Below, one piece after another: positions 53,259 to 63,855 of a stretch of DNA of 64,000 nt. Source of the stretch: an uncultured Methanosarcinales archaeon (GTDB taxonomy: Archaea > Nanobdellota > Nanobdellia > Woesearchaeales > DSVV01); the NCBI GenBank assembly GCA_964385055.1, contig CAYLMH010000005.1, positions 2,801 to 66,800 of the forward strand, given 5' to 3'. Each line of letters starts with the position of its first letter. Within the stretch, counting starts at the first letter, position 1. The notes beneath the pieces are model-generated. The model saw nothing but the letters and a program-made list of their open reading frames with translations. It was not told where the DNA came from and ran no database searches. Position numbers and translations under genes: made by a program.

Positions 53259-54749
53259 TTACTTCAACTTTCGTACAATTCCCTTTGTTGCGTCAACTTC
53301 AACAAGATCGCCGTCATGAAGGACTTTGGTTGCTATCTTGGTTCCAATAATACAAGGAATGCTTAATTCCCTACTTACTACTGCTGCATGTGATGTAATC
53401 CCACCTTCATCTGTCACAATTGCAACTGCCTTTTTCATTGCAAGAACCATTTCAGGTCTTGTCATAGTTGCAACAAGAACATCACCTTGAGAAACATTAA
53501 TGACATCGTGAATCTTTTGAACGATTTTAACAGGACCAGTAACTTTCCCCTGACAAGCAATCATCCCTTTAAATTCCGTCACTTCTTTTTGTTCTTCCTC
53601 AAAAACAGCACGATGAATTTTTTGAGCAAGAGCACCGCTAAACACTTCATAACCATCAAGTGTATGAATAACAAGAACATCCTCCCTTCTTTCTTCAAAA
53701 ACAGAAGTGTCTATTTTCTTACGATGTAAAAGATCCTTCAACTCATGGATATATGTATATTCCATCTGTTTTCTATCCAAATGCAACCTTTTTCCAAATT
53801 CTTGAAGAAATTTATTCTGATAATGCGTTGCAAGGAGAACATATTTTTTGCGCTCATCCTGCATATAAGCAAAAAGTTCTGTAATTTTAATAAGATAAAG
53901 TGATTCAAGAGAAAGATCTAATTTCTTAATTAATGCTTCTTTCTTCTCTTTAATAGCAACAAGCTCTTTATCTAACCGCTGAATTTCCGCTTTTGGATCT
54001 TTATTTAAGATATCACGAAGCTGCGCTTTAAAATACGCACGATCAAGACAAGTGTCCTTCGCATAATTATTTTGCATCCAGTGATATTTTTGCGCATGCT
54101 TTTCCAAAAGAGAATCTACTGCATCAATACTCATGTTGTTCTGTTTCATGAAAAGAAGAATATGAAGCAGATCTCTATATTCTTGAGTAATAAACGACTC
54201 ATCAACAGGACTAACAAGCGCAAGGTAGTATTCATCAAGAGGCTTTTCAAAGCCCTTCTCTTTTATGATCTTAGAAAAATGAGGGAAAAGAAAGTCTTGT
54301 GCATGCATAGAAAACGCATCTTGATAGCCAATAGCAATACCATACTCTGCGAGGTATGCAGCATACCATTCTTGATAGAGAGAAAGAAGCGCATCATTGT
54401 CCAGTTTTGAAAGATCAGTGGTATCAACTCGATGAGCAATTTTATTTAAAAGAACAAGCCGATCATGCCACTCTTTTTTGAGCGTATCAAGAAGAGCAGG
54501 ATTATCATGCACTTTCTTAATAAAGGATTTTCGCAAACGAATCATATCTTCGCTGCACCAATACCAATGCCCAAGATCACGAGAAAAATAAAAAACAGTA
54601 ATGGAATGTGATTCTCCAAAATACGTGTGCATGGGTTTGAGCGCCTGCTCACCAACTGCAAAAAAGAAATGGAGAATGCCATGAAACCCTTTATGTGTCC
54701 ATGTCTTGTGATCCAATGAATATTTGTTAACTATAGCACTAAAGTTCAT
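53259..54749 (-). CDS. PEP-utilising-enzyme mobile (phosphohistidine swivel) domain protein with uncharacterised N-terminal region
   Basis: The C-terminus VTDEGGITSHAAVVSRELSIPCIIG is the swivel-domain His motif. No PPDK_N-like or TIM-barrel part was recognised. Confidence 0.65.
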   Translation of the reverse strand: MNFSAIVNKYSLDHKTWTHKGFHGILHFFFAVGEQALKPMHTYFGESHSITVFYFSRDLGHWYWCSEDMIRLRKSFIKKVHDNPALLDTLKKEWHDRLVLLNKIAHRVDTTDLSKLDNDALLSLYQEWYAAYLAEYGIAIGYQDAFSMHAQDFLFPHFSKIIKEKGFEKPLDEYYLALVSPVDESFITQEYRDLLHILLFMKQNNMSIDAVDSLLEKHAQKYHWMQNNYAKDTCLDRAYFKAQLRDILNKDPKAEIQRLDKELVAIKEKKEALIKKLDLSLESLYLIKITELFAYMQDERKKYVLLATHYQNKFLQEFGKRLHLDRKQMEYTYIHELKDLLHRKKIDTSVFEERREDVLVIHTLDGYEVFSGALAQKIHRAVFEEEQKEVTEFKGMIACQGKVTGPVKIVQKIHDVINVSQGDVLVATMTRPEMVLAMKKAVAIVTDEGGITSHAAVVSRELSIPCIIGTKIATKVLHDGDLVEVDATKGIVRKLK

Positions 54750-54829
54750 AAGAGATAAAGAAAGAAAAAGGATTCTTAAAGGTTTCTAAAGCCAAACGTT
54801 TATATAACAACAATACCATAAACAACAGC

Positions 54830-55495
54830 ATGTGGCTTGGTCATTTTAGAGTCTGGCATAAAAACTGTATTTATCTTTCCAATGCGACAAAATACAATGT
54901 AGTTATATCCATGTATCCACTGAATTCGTATGTAGAGGGAAAATGGCGCTTTCACACGAATGTGAACATTCTCACAGGAAAAAAAGAAGACATTGAGAAG
55001 TTTATCAAGGCAGTAAAGAAAGATCAACGAACAATGGAATTCAAAGGAAAAGGAAACGTCTATCTTTCTCATATGCGATTTCGGGCAGATGATCACCATA
55101 CCACCAATTATTACACGCCAAAGATCTTTCTCCTAAAGCCAATAGTGCATAAGAATGGCAAAGAAGATTGGTATTTTGGCGCGTGGGACAAGGAAATTAT
55201 CAATGAAATGTTTAAAGTCTTCAAAAAACATTTCCACATTGAAGTGCTTTCTATAAAAGAAGAAGATTTCACAGAGATCTTTATGCCGCATGTCATGCCA
55301 AAAATGACAGAAAAACAAAAAGACGCGCTTCGTATGGCGATCAAAGAAGGATATTATCAATTTCCACGAAAAGTCTATTTGGAAGATCTCGCAAAAGGAA
55401 TGAAGATCTCAAGAGTGACATTTGAAGAACATCTCCGAAAAGCAGAATCAAAACTTCTCCCCGGTATTTTCGGAGAAGGATTTAATGAGCACTAA
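54830..55495 (+). CDS. Bat-type HTH_10 transcriptional regulator
   Basis: C-terminus LTEKQKDALRMAIKEGYYQFPRKVYLEDLAKGMKISRVTFEEHLRKAESKLL. Confidence 0.7.
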   Translation: MWLGHFRVWHKNCIYLSNATKYNVVISMYPLNSYVEGKWRFHTNVNILTGKKEDIEKFIKAVKKDQRTMEFKGKGNVYLSHMRFRADDHHTTNYYTPKIFLLKPIVHKNGKEDWYFGAWDKEIINEMFKVFKKHFHIEVLSIKEEDFTEIFMPHVMPKMTEKQKDALRMAIKEGYYQFPRKVYLEDLAKGMKISRVTFEEHLRKAESKLLPGIFGEGFNEH

Positions 55496-55594
55496 AATCT
55501 TCTAAAAAGCAACAAAAAGACCTACATATGTAGGCTAAAAGAACATATAGTCATAACTCCTACCAAGAGACTACATGAGAGGCATCACTACAAC

Positions 55595-56032
55595 ATGGAA
55601 CAACAAATAAAGAAAATAGAGATTATAAGCGAAAAGAAGATTCAGATTATTGATCTCACTGGAGAAATAAATAAAATCATTCAAGAGAGTAAAATGAAGC
55701 AGGGAATAGTCTGTGTTTTCACAAAGCATACAACAACAGCGCTCTGTGTCAATGAAAAGGAAAAGCGGCTTCTGGAAGACGTACAAAAAAAACTAGAAGA
55801 GATTGCACCAACAAAAGCAAAGTATTTGCATGATGATATTCATTTAAGGGAATGTCCAGTAGATGAGCCTCTAAACGGACATGCGCATCTGAAAGCGCTC
55901 ATACTCAACGCATCAGAGAGTATTCCTTTTGAAGAAGGAAAGCTTTCTTTAGGCAAATGGCAGTCTGTCCTTTTCTTTGATCTTGATGGACCAAGAAAAC
56001 GAGAGCTTAGCATCCATATTATGGGTGAATAA
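55595..56032 (+). CDS. YjbQ/UPF0047 family protein
   Basis: Family-typical GIVCVFTKHTTTALCVNE and NGHAHLKA. Confidence 0.7.
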   Translation: MEQQIKKIEIISEKKIQIIDLTGEINKIIQESKMKQGIVCVFTKHTTTALCVNEKEKRLLEDVQKKLEEIAPTKAKYLHDDIHLRECPVDEPLNGHAHLKALILNASESIPFEEGKLSLGKWQSVLFFDLDGPRKRELSIHIMGE

Positions 56033-56387
56033 AATAAAAGCAAAAAAATTATCGACTCTTGAATTCAAACCGAGATATACCTACAGCAAAGATGTGCCTT
56101 TTACAGAAAAAGATCTACGCTGCTCTGGCGCGCTATTTCAAGTCGTCAAATTTCAGCCACAAACCTCTATAAAACCGCACGTCCACAAAAAAACAGTAGA
56201 AGTGTTCTATGTGAAAAGCGGAACAGGAATAATTAAAATGAACAACAAAGAATTTCGATGTAAGCCAGATGATTTCTTTCTCTGTGAACCTGGCGATGTT
56301 CATGAGTTTATCAATGACACGAACGAAGAGTTTGTTATTTTAATTTTCAAGACAAACGAGAAAGATGAAGATATCTATTGGACATAA
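55986..56387 (+). CDS. Cupin-domain protein
   Basis: Cupin motifs PHVHKKTVEVFYVKSG and GDVHEF. The start is uncertain (TTG 55977, ATG 55986 or GTG 56025) and the gene overlaps the yjbQ end. Confidence 0.6.
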   Translation: MDQENESLASILWVNKIKAKKLSTLEFKPRYTYSKDVPFTEKDLRCSGALFQVVKFQPQTSIKPHVHKKTVEVFYVKSGTGIIKMNNKEFRCKPDDFFLCEPGDVHEFINDTNEEFVILIFKTNEKDEDIYWT

Positions 56388-56410
56388 GAAATTATTAAAA
56401 AAAAAAGAAA

Positions 56411-58744
56411 TTAAAACTTCTCATCTCTTAAAAAGTCCTCATCAATATCATCGTACACTGCCTTCTCTTTTTCTTTTTCGAGAGCAGACGGTTCTTTGAC
56501 AGGATTCTTCGCAGGGAATGATTTTTCATCAAGACCTGCTGTTGAAGGCGGACTCCATGTACTGAATCTATTAATTTTCTTGCCAGTCATAGGGTCAATC
56601 TTCGCTTCCATCACCGGTTTCTTTAGAGTAGGTTTTGGCTGCGCGAGTGCCTGCGGAGACTTACCGAAAGTAGAGAATTTATTTTCTCCATAACGAGCAG
56701 CGCCAACAGTCGTAGATGTTGTTTGACGAGCAGCAGTGTCAAACATGATAGTGGGCGTTCCCGGTTTCGCAGTAACACGAGCAGGTGCTGGTTTAGCAAC
56801 AACTTCTTCAGTCTTACTAACAGCAGCACTCACTCCTTGAGATGCAAGTAATTGTGCAACCTGATCTTCAGAAATATCGCCATCATTGCTTTCTTCAGCG
56901 CCTTCATGTTTCATAGTAGACAAAAAGCCGCCTTCTTCTTCTGCTTTTTGTTTGATCTTTTTTTTGTAATTTTCATATGCCTGTTGAATCACTGTTCTGT
57001 GCTGGTAACCATACAATCCAAGCAAACCACCAAAGATGAACAAGATAAGCAATAAGAACCACGGTGTAACGCTTCGATCATAACTGCTTAATGTTGTTGC
57101 GCCAGTAACTGTAGACAAGCCCTGATCTACTTTTGTGCCAAATGGTCTGTTATCGTCGCTAAAAGGAACATCTGAATAAACAGCTGCCCCAGTCATGCTT
57201 TCAAGACCTGAAACATAATCCGCAAGTTCTGCGTCTTCAAGAGAAGAAAGATCTGTTTCTCCATCATCAACAAGGATAGTATATTGTCCTTCAGGAACAT
57301 CATAGGACAAATCAAACGTTTGTTCTTTTCCTGGTTCAAGCGCGACATCTTTCGCAAGAACATAATAATATTTTTTGCCATCTTCTTCTTTCACGAGGAT
57401 GAGATCAACACGATCATCATAAGGAACGTTTCCATCATTGACAATCGTTATCTTTTCTCCATCAAGAGAAGAACTCACGCCAGAGACAGACGCGACAGTG
57501 ACGCGATCAGTGTCTTCAAGATTTTTTGCTGTATAAGTTGAAGTGATCACATATGTTCCAGGCGTGCTGTATTTTCCAAATTCTAACTCAATCTGCTGAC
57601 CAGTATTGACAACACCATTATACAATGTTGCGCCAGATGGATCTGTTATCTTCACAGAGACAGAAGCGGACATGGATTTGTCTGATTGATCAAAGAGATC
57701 CACTTCAAAAGAGAGTGTCTCTCCAGGATTATAACTTGTTTTACTCATATCGTTGACAATTTTTGTAGGAATTTGTTTGACAGTAAGAATGAAATCATCG
57801 CTTCCTGTGTTCCCATAGGAATCACTCACACTCACGCCAAGCGTATAATCTCCAGATTTCATATTCTTTGGAACAAAGAATCTGTATTCAAAATTTTGCC
57901 CTGACGGTTTTGTCGTATAACGAAGAGTGTCAAATGTAATGACCACATCAAGAGTGGACGTATCAACACTACTGTCAATGTCTCCACTGATAACGACTTC
58001 TTCTCCTGGTTCATATTGATATTTAGAAGAAGACGCGCGAATAGTGAGAAGTGTATTAATGGTAAAATAATCAACATTTTCAAAATACTGGCTGTTGCCA
58101 ACACCGTCAATAACTTTAACATCAATGTAGTAGGTTCCATATTCTAAGTTGGAAAGTTGTTTAGAGTAGGAAAGTGCGCCATTCGTCACCGTCGCAGTAT
58201 CAAGCTGCGTAGGATAAGATCCTTGCTTTTTGAGATAAATGGTTGCAGTGCCACTAACATCAGATCCATCAAGTTTAAACACAATACCTGAAAGAGTCAT
58301 CGTATCGCCAAGTTGATACGTATCAGCGCCCACTTCAAATGATCCGAGAAGATCATTCAGGACAGTGAAGGAATCGGAGTTCGCGGATTCGCCGTTGAAT
58401 GTTGCTTCAACGTCGCAAACTCCTTCAATATCGCTTGGAAGCAGGAAACTTGAAATGCCAAGAGAAGTAAACGTGACTTTCTGTCCTTTGTTTATTTTCA
58501 AGTTCACCGAGTTCACTTTGGAATATCCAGGACATTGAAGTTCAAGAGAGAACATTGCGTCAGCAGTAGTTGCTGCGACAACATATCCATCAACAGTAAC
58601 AGTATCACCGAGGTTGTACATATCTTTGAAATTGTTCAGAATAGTGATCTTCGCAGACGCAAACGGCATGAGAAGCAGCACGAGCAATATGCTTATGCTG
58701 ATTGTAGCTAGAATACTTCGAAACCCACTTTTTTTTCCAACCAT
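56411..58744 (-). CDS. Large surface protein (signal peptide, beta-rich ectodomain, C-terminal TM anchor and cytoplasmic tail)
   Basis: Signal ILLVLLLMPFASA. Thr/Ser/Val/Asp-rich, Ig-like-looking segments. TM WFLLLILFIFGGLLGLYGY. Confidence 0.7.
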   Translation of the reverse strand: MVGKKSGFRSILATISISILLVLLLMPFASAKITILNNFKDMYNLGDTVTVDGYVVAATTADAMFSLELQCPGYSKVNSVNLKINKGQKVTFTSLGISSFLLPSDIEGVCDVEATFNGESANSDSFTVLNDLLGSFEVGADTYQLGDTMTLSGIVFKLDGSDVSGTATIYLKKQGSYPTQLDTATVTNGALSYSKQLSNLEYGTYYIDVKVIDGVGNSQYFENVDYFTINTLLTIRASSSKYQYEPGEEVVISGDIDSSVDTSTLDVVITFDTLRYTTKPSGQNFEYRFFVPKNMKSGDYTLGVSVSDSYGNTGSDDFILTVKQIPTKIVNDMSKTSYNPGETLSFEVDLFDQSDKSMSASVSVKITDPSGATLYNGVVNTGQQIELEFGKYSTPGTYVITSTYTAKNLEDTDRVTVASVSGVSSSLDGEKITIVNDGNVPYDDRVDLILVKEEDGKKYYYVLAKDVALEPGKEQTFDLSYDVPEGQYTILVDDGETDLSSLEDAELADYVSGLESMTGAAVYSDVPFSDDNRPFGTKVDQGLSTVTGATTLSSYDRSVTPWFLLLILFIFGGLLGLYGYQHRTVIQQAYENYKKKIKQKAEEEGGFLSTMKHEGAEESNDGDISEDQVAQLLASQGVSAAVSKTEEVVAKPAPARVTAKPGTPTIMFDTAARQTTSTTVGAARYGENKFSTFGKSPQALAQPKPTLKKPVMEAKIDPMTGKKINRFSTWSPPSTAGLDEKSFPAKNPVKEPSALEKEKEKAVYDDIDEDFLRDEKF

Positions 58745-59152
58745 ACGCAACAACCCTCTTTTTTTATAATAAAAATAATGAATAATCGCAACACACTTGT
58801 CTTTTTCCGTAATTTATGGGTATATATACTTTGTGTTTTATGTCACTAAAATATAGAGGGAAAAGTGAAACTTGATGGTTGTGAAAAAAAAAGAAGTCGC
58901 ATTTATTTTTTCAAAATCAAGCACTAAGAAAGAAAAAGCAAGTAATATTTCCTAAACCTCAAGTAGTAACAAAATTCTTGCACAACCTTTAAAAAAGAGC
59001 CGTGCTTCCACAGAACAAGAGAAAACAATCGCTCAACAGCCGACAAAACACGCACCCGCAAAGATCTACTACACAATTTAACCTTTTATTAATTAGTGTA
59101 AAATAATATCAGAAAATAACAAAAAACAAGCGAACGAAACGAGGTAACAACA

Positions 59153-60772
59153 ATGACACAACAGCAAGTACAACCAATCTATATTCTTCCAGAAGGATCA
59201 CAACGAACAACAGGAAAAACCGCGCAGCAGAATAATATTATGGCAGGCAAACTTGTTGCAGAAACCATCCGCACGACATTAGGTCCAAAAGGAATGGACA
59301 AAATGTTAGTAGATTCATTAGGCGACATCATCGTCACCAACGACGGCGTTACGATTCTGAGAGAAATGCAAATCGAACATCCCGCAGCAAAAATGATTGT
59401 TGAAATCGCGAAAACACAGGAAACTGAAGTCGGCGATGGAACAACAACTGCAGTGATTATTGCAGGAGAACTTCTCAAAAAAGCAGAGAGCCTTTTAGAA
59501 AAAGAAATCCATCCAACTATGATTACAAAAGGGTACAGACTTGCGGCGCAGAAAGCGCAGGAAGTGCTCCACAATATCGCAAAAACAGTGCAACCAAATG
59601 ACAAAGAAGAATTAACAAAGATCGCGACAACTGCAATGACAGGAAAAGGTGCGGAATCGTCTAAAGATCATCTTGCAGCGTTAACAGTCGAAGCAATTGG
59701 CGCAATCGCAGAACAGCAGCCAAACAAAATGGTTATTGACTTGAACAATGTCAAGATCCAAAAACGCACAGGCGCAGCGATTGAAGATTCTCAACTCATC
59801 AAAGGCATTGTCCTTGACAAAGAACGCGTGCATAATAGCATGCCGAAAATCGTCAAAAGCGCAAAGATAGTACTCATTGATTGTGCGATTGAAATCAAGA
59901 GCACAGAAACAGACGCGAAGATCCAAATTAATGATCCCATGCAAATGCAGGCATTCCTCGACCAAGAAGAACGAATGCTCAAGAAAATGGTAGACAAGAT
60001 TGCAGAAATTGGAGCAAATGTTGTTGTTTGTCAGAAAGGCATTGACGATCTTGCGCAGCATTTCCTTGCGAAGAAAGGAATTTTCGCAGTCCGGAGAGTA
60101 AAGAAATCTGATATGGACGCGCTCAGCAGAGCAACAGGCGCAAAAACTGTTTCCAATATCGAAGACTTAAACGCAACTGATTTAGGCACAGCAGATGTTG
60201 AAGAACAAAATGTCGGCAATGAAAACATGACGTTTATTGAAAACTGTAAAAATCCAAAGGCAGTGACATTGTTGATCCGCGGAAGTACAGAGCATGTGAT
60301 TGATGAAGTCAAGCGTGCGGTGGAAGACGCGCTTGGGGTAGTCGCTGCGACAGTTCGTTCTGGCAAAGTCGTTGCTGGAGCAGGAGCTCCTGAAATAGAG
60401 CTTGCAAAAGAATTACGAAAGTTTTCAGAATCATTACGAGGAAGAGAACAGCTTGCGGTGCTTGCGTTTGCAGAAGCAATGGAAGTAATTCCACGAACAC
60501 TCGCGGAAAACGCAGGTCTTGATCCTATTGACGTGATTGCGGAATTAAAAGCAGAGCATGACAAAGGAAGCAAGTGGGCAGGCATTGACGTCTTTTCAGG
60601 AAAAGTCATGAATGCTCTTGAAGCGAATGTCATTGAACCATTGCAAGTGAAAACGCAGGCAATAAGTTCCGCGGCAGAAGTCGCGATTATGATTTTGCGC
60701 ATTGATGATGTGATTGCGGCAGGCAAGAAAGCGCCTGAAGCGCCACATGATCATGGAATGCCGGAGATGTAA
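59153..60772 (+). CDS. ths: Thermosome subunit (group II chaperonin)
   Basis: [20 protein letters not shown] and [14 protein letters not shown] lies upstream of the ATG. Confidence 0.95.
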   Translation: MTQQQVQPIYILPEGSQRTTGKTAQQNNIMAGKLVAETIRTTLGPKGMDKMLVDSLGDIIVTNDGVTILREMQIEHPAAKMIVEIAKTQETEVGDGTTTAVIIAGELLKKAESLLEKEIHPTMITKGYRLAAQKAQEVLHNIAKTVQPNDKEELTKIATTAMTGKGAESSKDHLAALTVEAIGAIAEQQPNKMVIDLNNVKIQKRTGAAIEDSQLIKGIVLDKERVHNSMPKIVKSAKIVLIDCAIEIKSTETDAKIQINDPMQMQAFLDQEERMLKKMVDKIAEIGANVVVCQKGIDDLAQHFLAKKGIFAVRRVKKSDMDALSRATGAKTVSNIEDLNATDLGTADVEEQNVGNENMTFIENCKNPKAVTLLIRGSTEHVIDEVKRAVEDALGVVAATVRSGKVVAGAGAPEIELAKELRKFSESLRGREQLAVLAFAEAMEVIPRTLAENAGLDPIDVIAELKAEHDKGSKWAGIDVFSGKVMNALEANVIEPLQVKTQAISSAAEVAIMILRIDDVIAAGKKAPEAPHDHGMPEM

Positions 60773-60840
60773 TTTTTTTACTATTTTATTTCTTCTTATT
60801 CTTTTTTTTCATACCACCACGTTTTTCTAGTTTAAAGTCC

Positions 60841-60905
60841 ACACACAATCGCTTAGTTTGCTTGAATGTCAGGGGGACCCAATTTACCAAAGTAAATTGG
60901 GGTTA
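60841..60905 (+). repeat. Intergenic hairpin module, copy 5
   Basis: ACACACAATCGC variant box, AATGTCAGGGGGACCC, stem CCCAATTTAC/GTAAATTGGG with loop CAAA, then GGGGTTATTATG. Confidence 0.75.
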
Positions 60906-60958
60906 TTATGAAAAGAAAATGCAAAATAATAAATGAAAAAGAATAAACAAAAAAGAAA

Positions 60959-61615
60959 TCAAAGTCCTCGCGGATCCTTATGAGGAACATAAATCCCAGT
61001 AAAATCCATATCAATGAGAACACGTGATATCCTTTCTGCCACTTCATTATTGGATCTATGTCTTGCTGATGAATTATAGAGTACACCATCTTCAAGATCA
61101 AGAATAACACTCAGTACTTGAGATCCCCAAGGCATTGGCTCAAGAGCAGCAAGTTCAACAACTTCAAAAGGATCAAGATGGTAAAGAGTTTCAAAAAGAG
61201 GAAGAAGCGTATGTTCTGAAATTCCCTTCCAACCACCAACAATCCGCACCTGATAAGGTCCTGGACTATTAAATTTCTTGAGATCATGAGCAAGTTTTAG
61301 AAGAAAATGTGGTTCCCGATCATTAGGATGTGGTTTAATTCCCTTACGATTATCCAAATGCGCAATGCAACCAACCTTTGTTTTCGGATCATAAACAGTA
61401 AGACCTATGCAAACACTAAGACCTAAGGTTTCAAGATATCGAGTATAGTGAGGATCTCCTCCGCGCGAGAAAGAGTACATGCGCTGTGGAACACTCACAA
61501 CAGCGTCATCACAAGGAAGAGGATCAAGATACATTCGAGGAACCGGCTGATTTGGAGCATAGCGCTTCATGTACTGATCTACCCGTGCTGCAAGTTCTGT
61601 TGTTACTACTTCCAT
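60959..61615 (-). CDS. CheD-like (chemoreceptor glutamine deamidase family) domain protein with N-terminal extension
   Basis: TLGLSVCIGLTVYDPKTKVGCIAHL aligns position-for-position with my recollection of the CheD core (roughly TLGLGSCVAVCMRDP..VG..AH), including the Thr, Cys and His triad positions. A later IVGGW matches the CheD GG motif. Confidence 0.5.
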   Translation of the reverse strand: MEVVTTELAARVDQYMKRYAPNQPVPRMYLDPLPCDDAVVSVPQRMYSFSRGGDPHYTRYLETLGLSVCIGLTVYDPKTKVGCIAHLDNRKGIKPHPNDREPHFLLKLAHDLKKFNSPGPYQVRIVGGWKGISEHTLLPLFETLYHLDPFEVVELAALEPMPWGSQVLSVILDLEDGVLYNSSARHRSNNEVAERISRVLIDMDFTGIYVPHKDPRGL

Positions 61616-61663
61616 AAGGTAAAGAAAAGAAGAAATGTTTATAAAAGTTGCTCAGAAAATGAA

Positions 61664-61918
61664 TTAAACCCTAATCTTCACGACCCCGTTCTTAATCTCT
61701 GCTTGGCAGCATAATCGAAAGGGTCCTGTTGCGCCCATTGCTTCTTCGCGTTCGTTTGGCACGGAAAGATTTTCAATTCCTTCGAGAATTTCTGTTTGAC
61801 AGGTTCCGCACATCCCATGACGGCAACCAAACATCACACCCAGTTCATCAGCAGCAAGCTGAATAGGAGAACCATCTGGAACTTCGATTTCTTTTGTTTC
61901 TGATTTCAGTATTGCCAT
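61664..61918 (-). CDS. [2Fe-2S] ferredoxin-like protein
   Basis: CRHGMCGTC (Cx4Cx2C) plus a distal RLCCQ. Confidence 0.7.
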   Translation of the reverse strand: MAILKSETKEIEVPDGSPIQLAADELGVMFGCRHGMCGTCQTEILEGIENLSVPNEREEAMGATGPFRLCCQAEIKNGVVKIRV

Positions 61919-61941
61919 GAAGAGAAGTAAAAGGAATTTGT

Positions 61942-62409
61942 TTATATGTTTTTTCTCCGAACATAATGAAATCCACCGCCAAACTGCAGTAATTTTCCCT
62001 GCAATGGAATATCATCTTCTTTTATTCGTTCAACAAGAATCTTTACCCGTTTCATGAAATAGTCATGTTCAAATGGTTTTGTCAAATACTCATCAGCGCC
62101 AGCGTCAATTGCAGGCTGCAAATCAGCAAGTTGATGCTTTGCAGTTAAGACCATGATAGGAATATGTTTTGTCACAATGCTGCTTTTGAGTTCTTTGCAA
62201 AACGCGTATCCATCAAAATTTGGCATCATAATATCAAGAATAATGAGATCAACAGATTCGTGAAGAACAGTATGTGCTTCGATAGCAGATTCTGCTTTGA
62301 TGACATCATAATCATCTTCAAGTAATGTTTCGAGGAATTCGCGAAGAGGATATTGGTCATCAATAATAAGGACTTTTTTCTTTGGTGCTGTAGCTGCTTC
62401 GGTTATCAT
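61942..62409 (-). CDS. Single-domain response regulator receiver (CheY-like)
   Basis: IIDD, phospho-acceptor context LIILDIMMP, VLTA and TKPF. Confidence 0.8.
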   Translation of the reverse strand: MITEAATAPKKKVLIIDDQYPLREFLETLLEDDYDVIKAESAIEAHTVLHESVDLIILDIMMPNFDGYAFCKELKSSIVTKHIPIMVLTAKHQLADLQPAIDAGADEYLTKPFEHDYFMKRVKILVERIKEDDIPLQGKLLQFGGGFHYVRRKNI

Positions 62410-62518
62410 AACAGATGGAGAACAGAGTAAGTATATATGATTTTAGGGAAAAAAGAGCACAACTGTCACCCCTTTATAGAAACAAACTTTATAAAACAAC
62501 AGCCGTTTCTTCAATAGT

Positions 62519-63619
62519 ATGAGCATCGCATTAACAACACTTGTCCTCAGTTCATCACTTGCTTTTGCGCAGGATGAAGACTGGAGAATTGAAAAAGATG
62601 AGAGAGGACAATATATTTGTTCTTCTGATCAATTTGAATATGGATATGCACGCAAAGCAATAGGAGAGACAAGAATCCAATTGTCAAGATATGGTTCAGA
62701 AGATGATATCTGCTTCTTAATTCCAAAAGAACTTATATCGACAACGTCCACAGAAAGTAAAATTATGATTGAAGTAGGATATAAAGCTGAAGAGCGCTCT
62801 GGATATTATCGTGATGGGTATTATGTCCCAATTCCTAAAACAACACCTAGAACACATTTAAGTTCATGGTCTGTTGATGTATATACACAAAATGGTTCTG
62901 TCTCTCTAAAATCATCTTCGTGGGAAATCAGAGAAGAAACGAAAGACTGGGAGAGAAGGTTAGGAAAAGACAAAGAGAATGAAGCAGAAGTAGTAGAAAT
63001 TCCACCACATCTTGAATATCAACTCTGCATTGCGCGAGCAGTAGAGCGAGCAGAAGTCACGTATCAGCGACCAGATAAACAAGTAGATTATATCACACTT
63101 AAAAAAATTGAGTCAGATAAACTTAACCCAGAAACATGCTTTGTAATTGATAAACTTCTTGTAGGAATGGATGGTATCTTCACAGTACGTGGGCATTATG
63201 CTCCAAGAAATGAGTTCGCAGAACCTGAAAGCATTGTCCCATTCCCTGTCTTCACAAAAAACGGTTTTGTTGCATTGAAACCAATTTCTGAGGATGTAAA
63301 AAATGAACCAAACCATTACTACAGTAAAACGCCTCCTGCAAATGAATGCATAAGAAGAAGTGATGATCATGCGACTGTTCATTTTGAAGATAGAGATGCA
63401 AAACATATGCAAGCATATGCAACTCGGAAAGGCGAAGAAACTCGATTAGAACTCATTGGAAATGCAAGTCCACAAGATGCATCATTTTATGTTCCAGGGT
63501 ATATTGCAAGAGGATATGGATTTATTGTGTACGCACAGGATGCAGAAGGAAATAGATCAAGGGAATTTGCATTAACTAAAGATACAGTAACTAGAAAAAT
63601 GATTCCTACTTGTGAATAA
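62519..63619 (+). CDS. Secreted hypothetical protein
   Basis: Signal-like MSIALTTLVLSSSLAFA, 366 aa. Confidence 0.55.
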   Translation: MSIALTTLVLSSSLAFAQDEDWRIEKDERGQYICSSDQFEYGYARKAIGETRIQLSRYGSEDDICFLIPKELISTTSTESKIMIEVGYKAEERSGYYRDGYYVPIPKTTPRTHLSSWSVDVYTQNGSVSLKSSSWEIREETKDWERRLGKDKENEAEVVEIPPHLEYQLCIARAVERAEVTYQRPDKQVDYITLKKIESDKLNPETCFVIDKLLVGMDGIFTVRGHYAPRNEFAEPESIVPFPVFTKNGFVALKPISEDVKNEPNHYYSKTPPANECIRRSDDHATVHFEDRDAKHMQAYATRKGEETRLELIGNASPQDASFYVPGYIARGYGFIVYAQDAEGNRSREFALTKDTVTRKMIPTCE

Positions 63620-63637
63620 AATTCTCTTTAAGAATAA

Positions 63638-63853
63638 TCAAAGTAAATAAGTAACATTCCCTTCTTGTACGCGAGGTTTAAAAGAATAGTTTTGCGGTCC
63701 AAAAAACATTGCTTCATAAGTCGCAGCAGCTTCATGGAGTGGTCGAACAAGAATGCCATAAGTAGAAGGAGTAGTTCCTTGAGGAGGCATATAATGATTC
63801 AAAAAAGCTCTACGAGCAACTCTGAAATCTGCAATGCGTTCAACGAGACTCAT
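63638..63853 (-). CDS. Hypothetical small protein
   Basis: 71-aa ORF. Its ATG lies 2 nt after the stop of the upstream partial ORF. Confidence 0.4.
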   Translation of the reverse strand: MSLVERIADFRVARRAFLNHYMPPQGTTPSTYGILVRPLHEAAATYEAMFFGPQNYSFKPRVQEGNVTYLL

Positions 63854-63855
63854 GA

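Noticed and set aside
53259-54749. Second split gene (PEP synthase fragment)
   Set aside because: Only the phosphohistidine swivel domain is recognisable. The N-terminal 350 aa do not resemble the PpsA ATP-grasp region, and no complementary fragments are visible in the window, so a split cannot be supported.
60031-60726. 231-aa antisense ORF in the thermosome gene
   Set aside because: It is the reverse frame of an Ala/Gly/Val-rich conserved gene, with Ser/Ala/Thr-rich low complexity.
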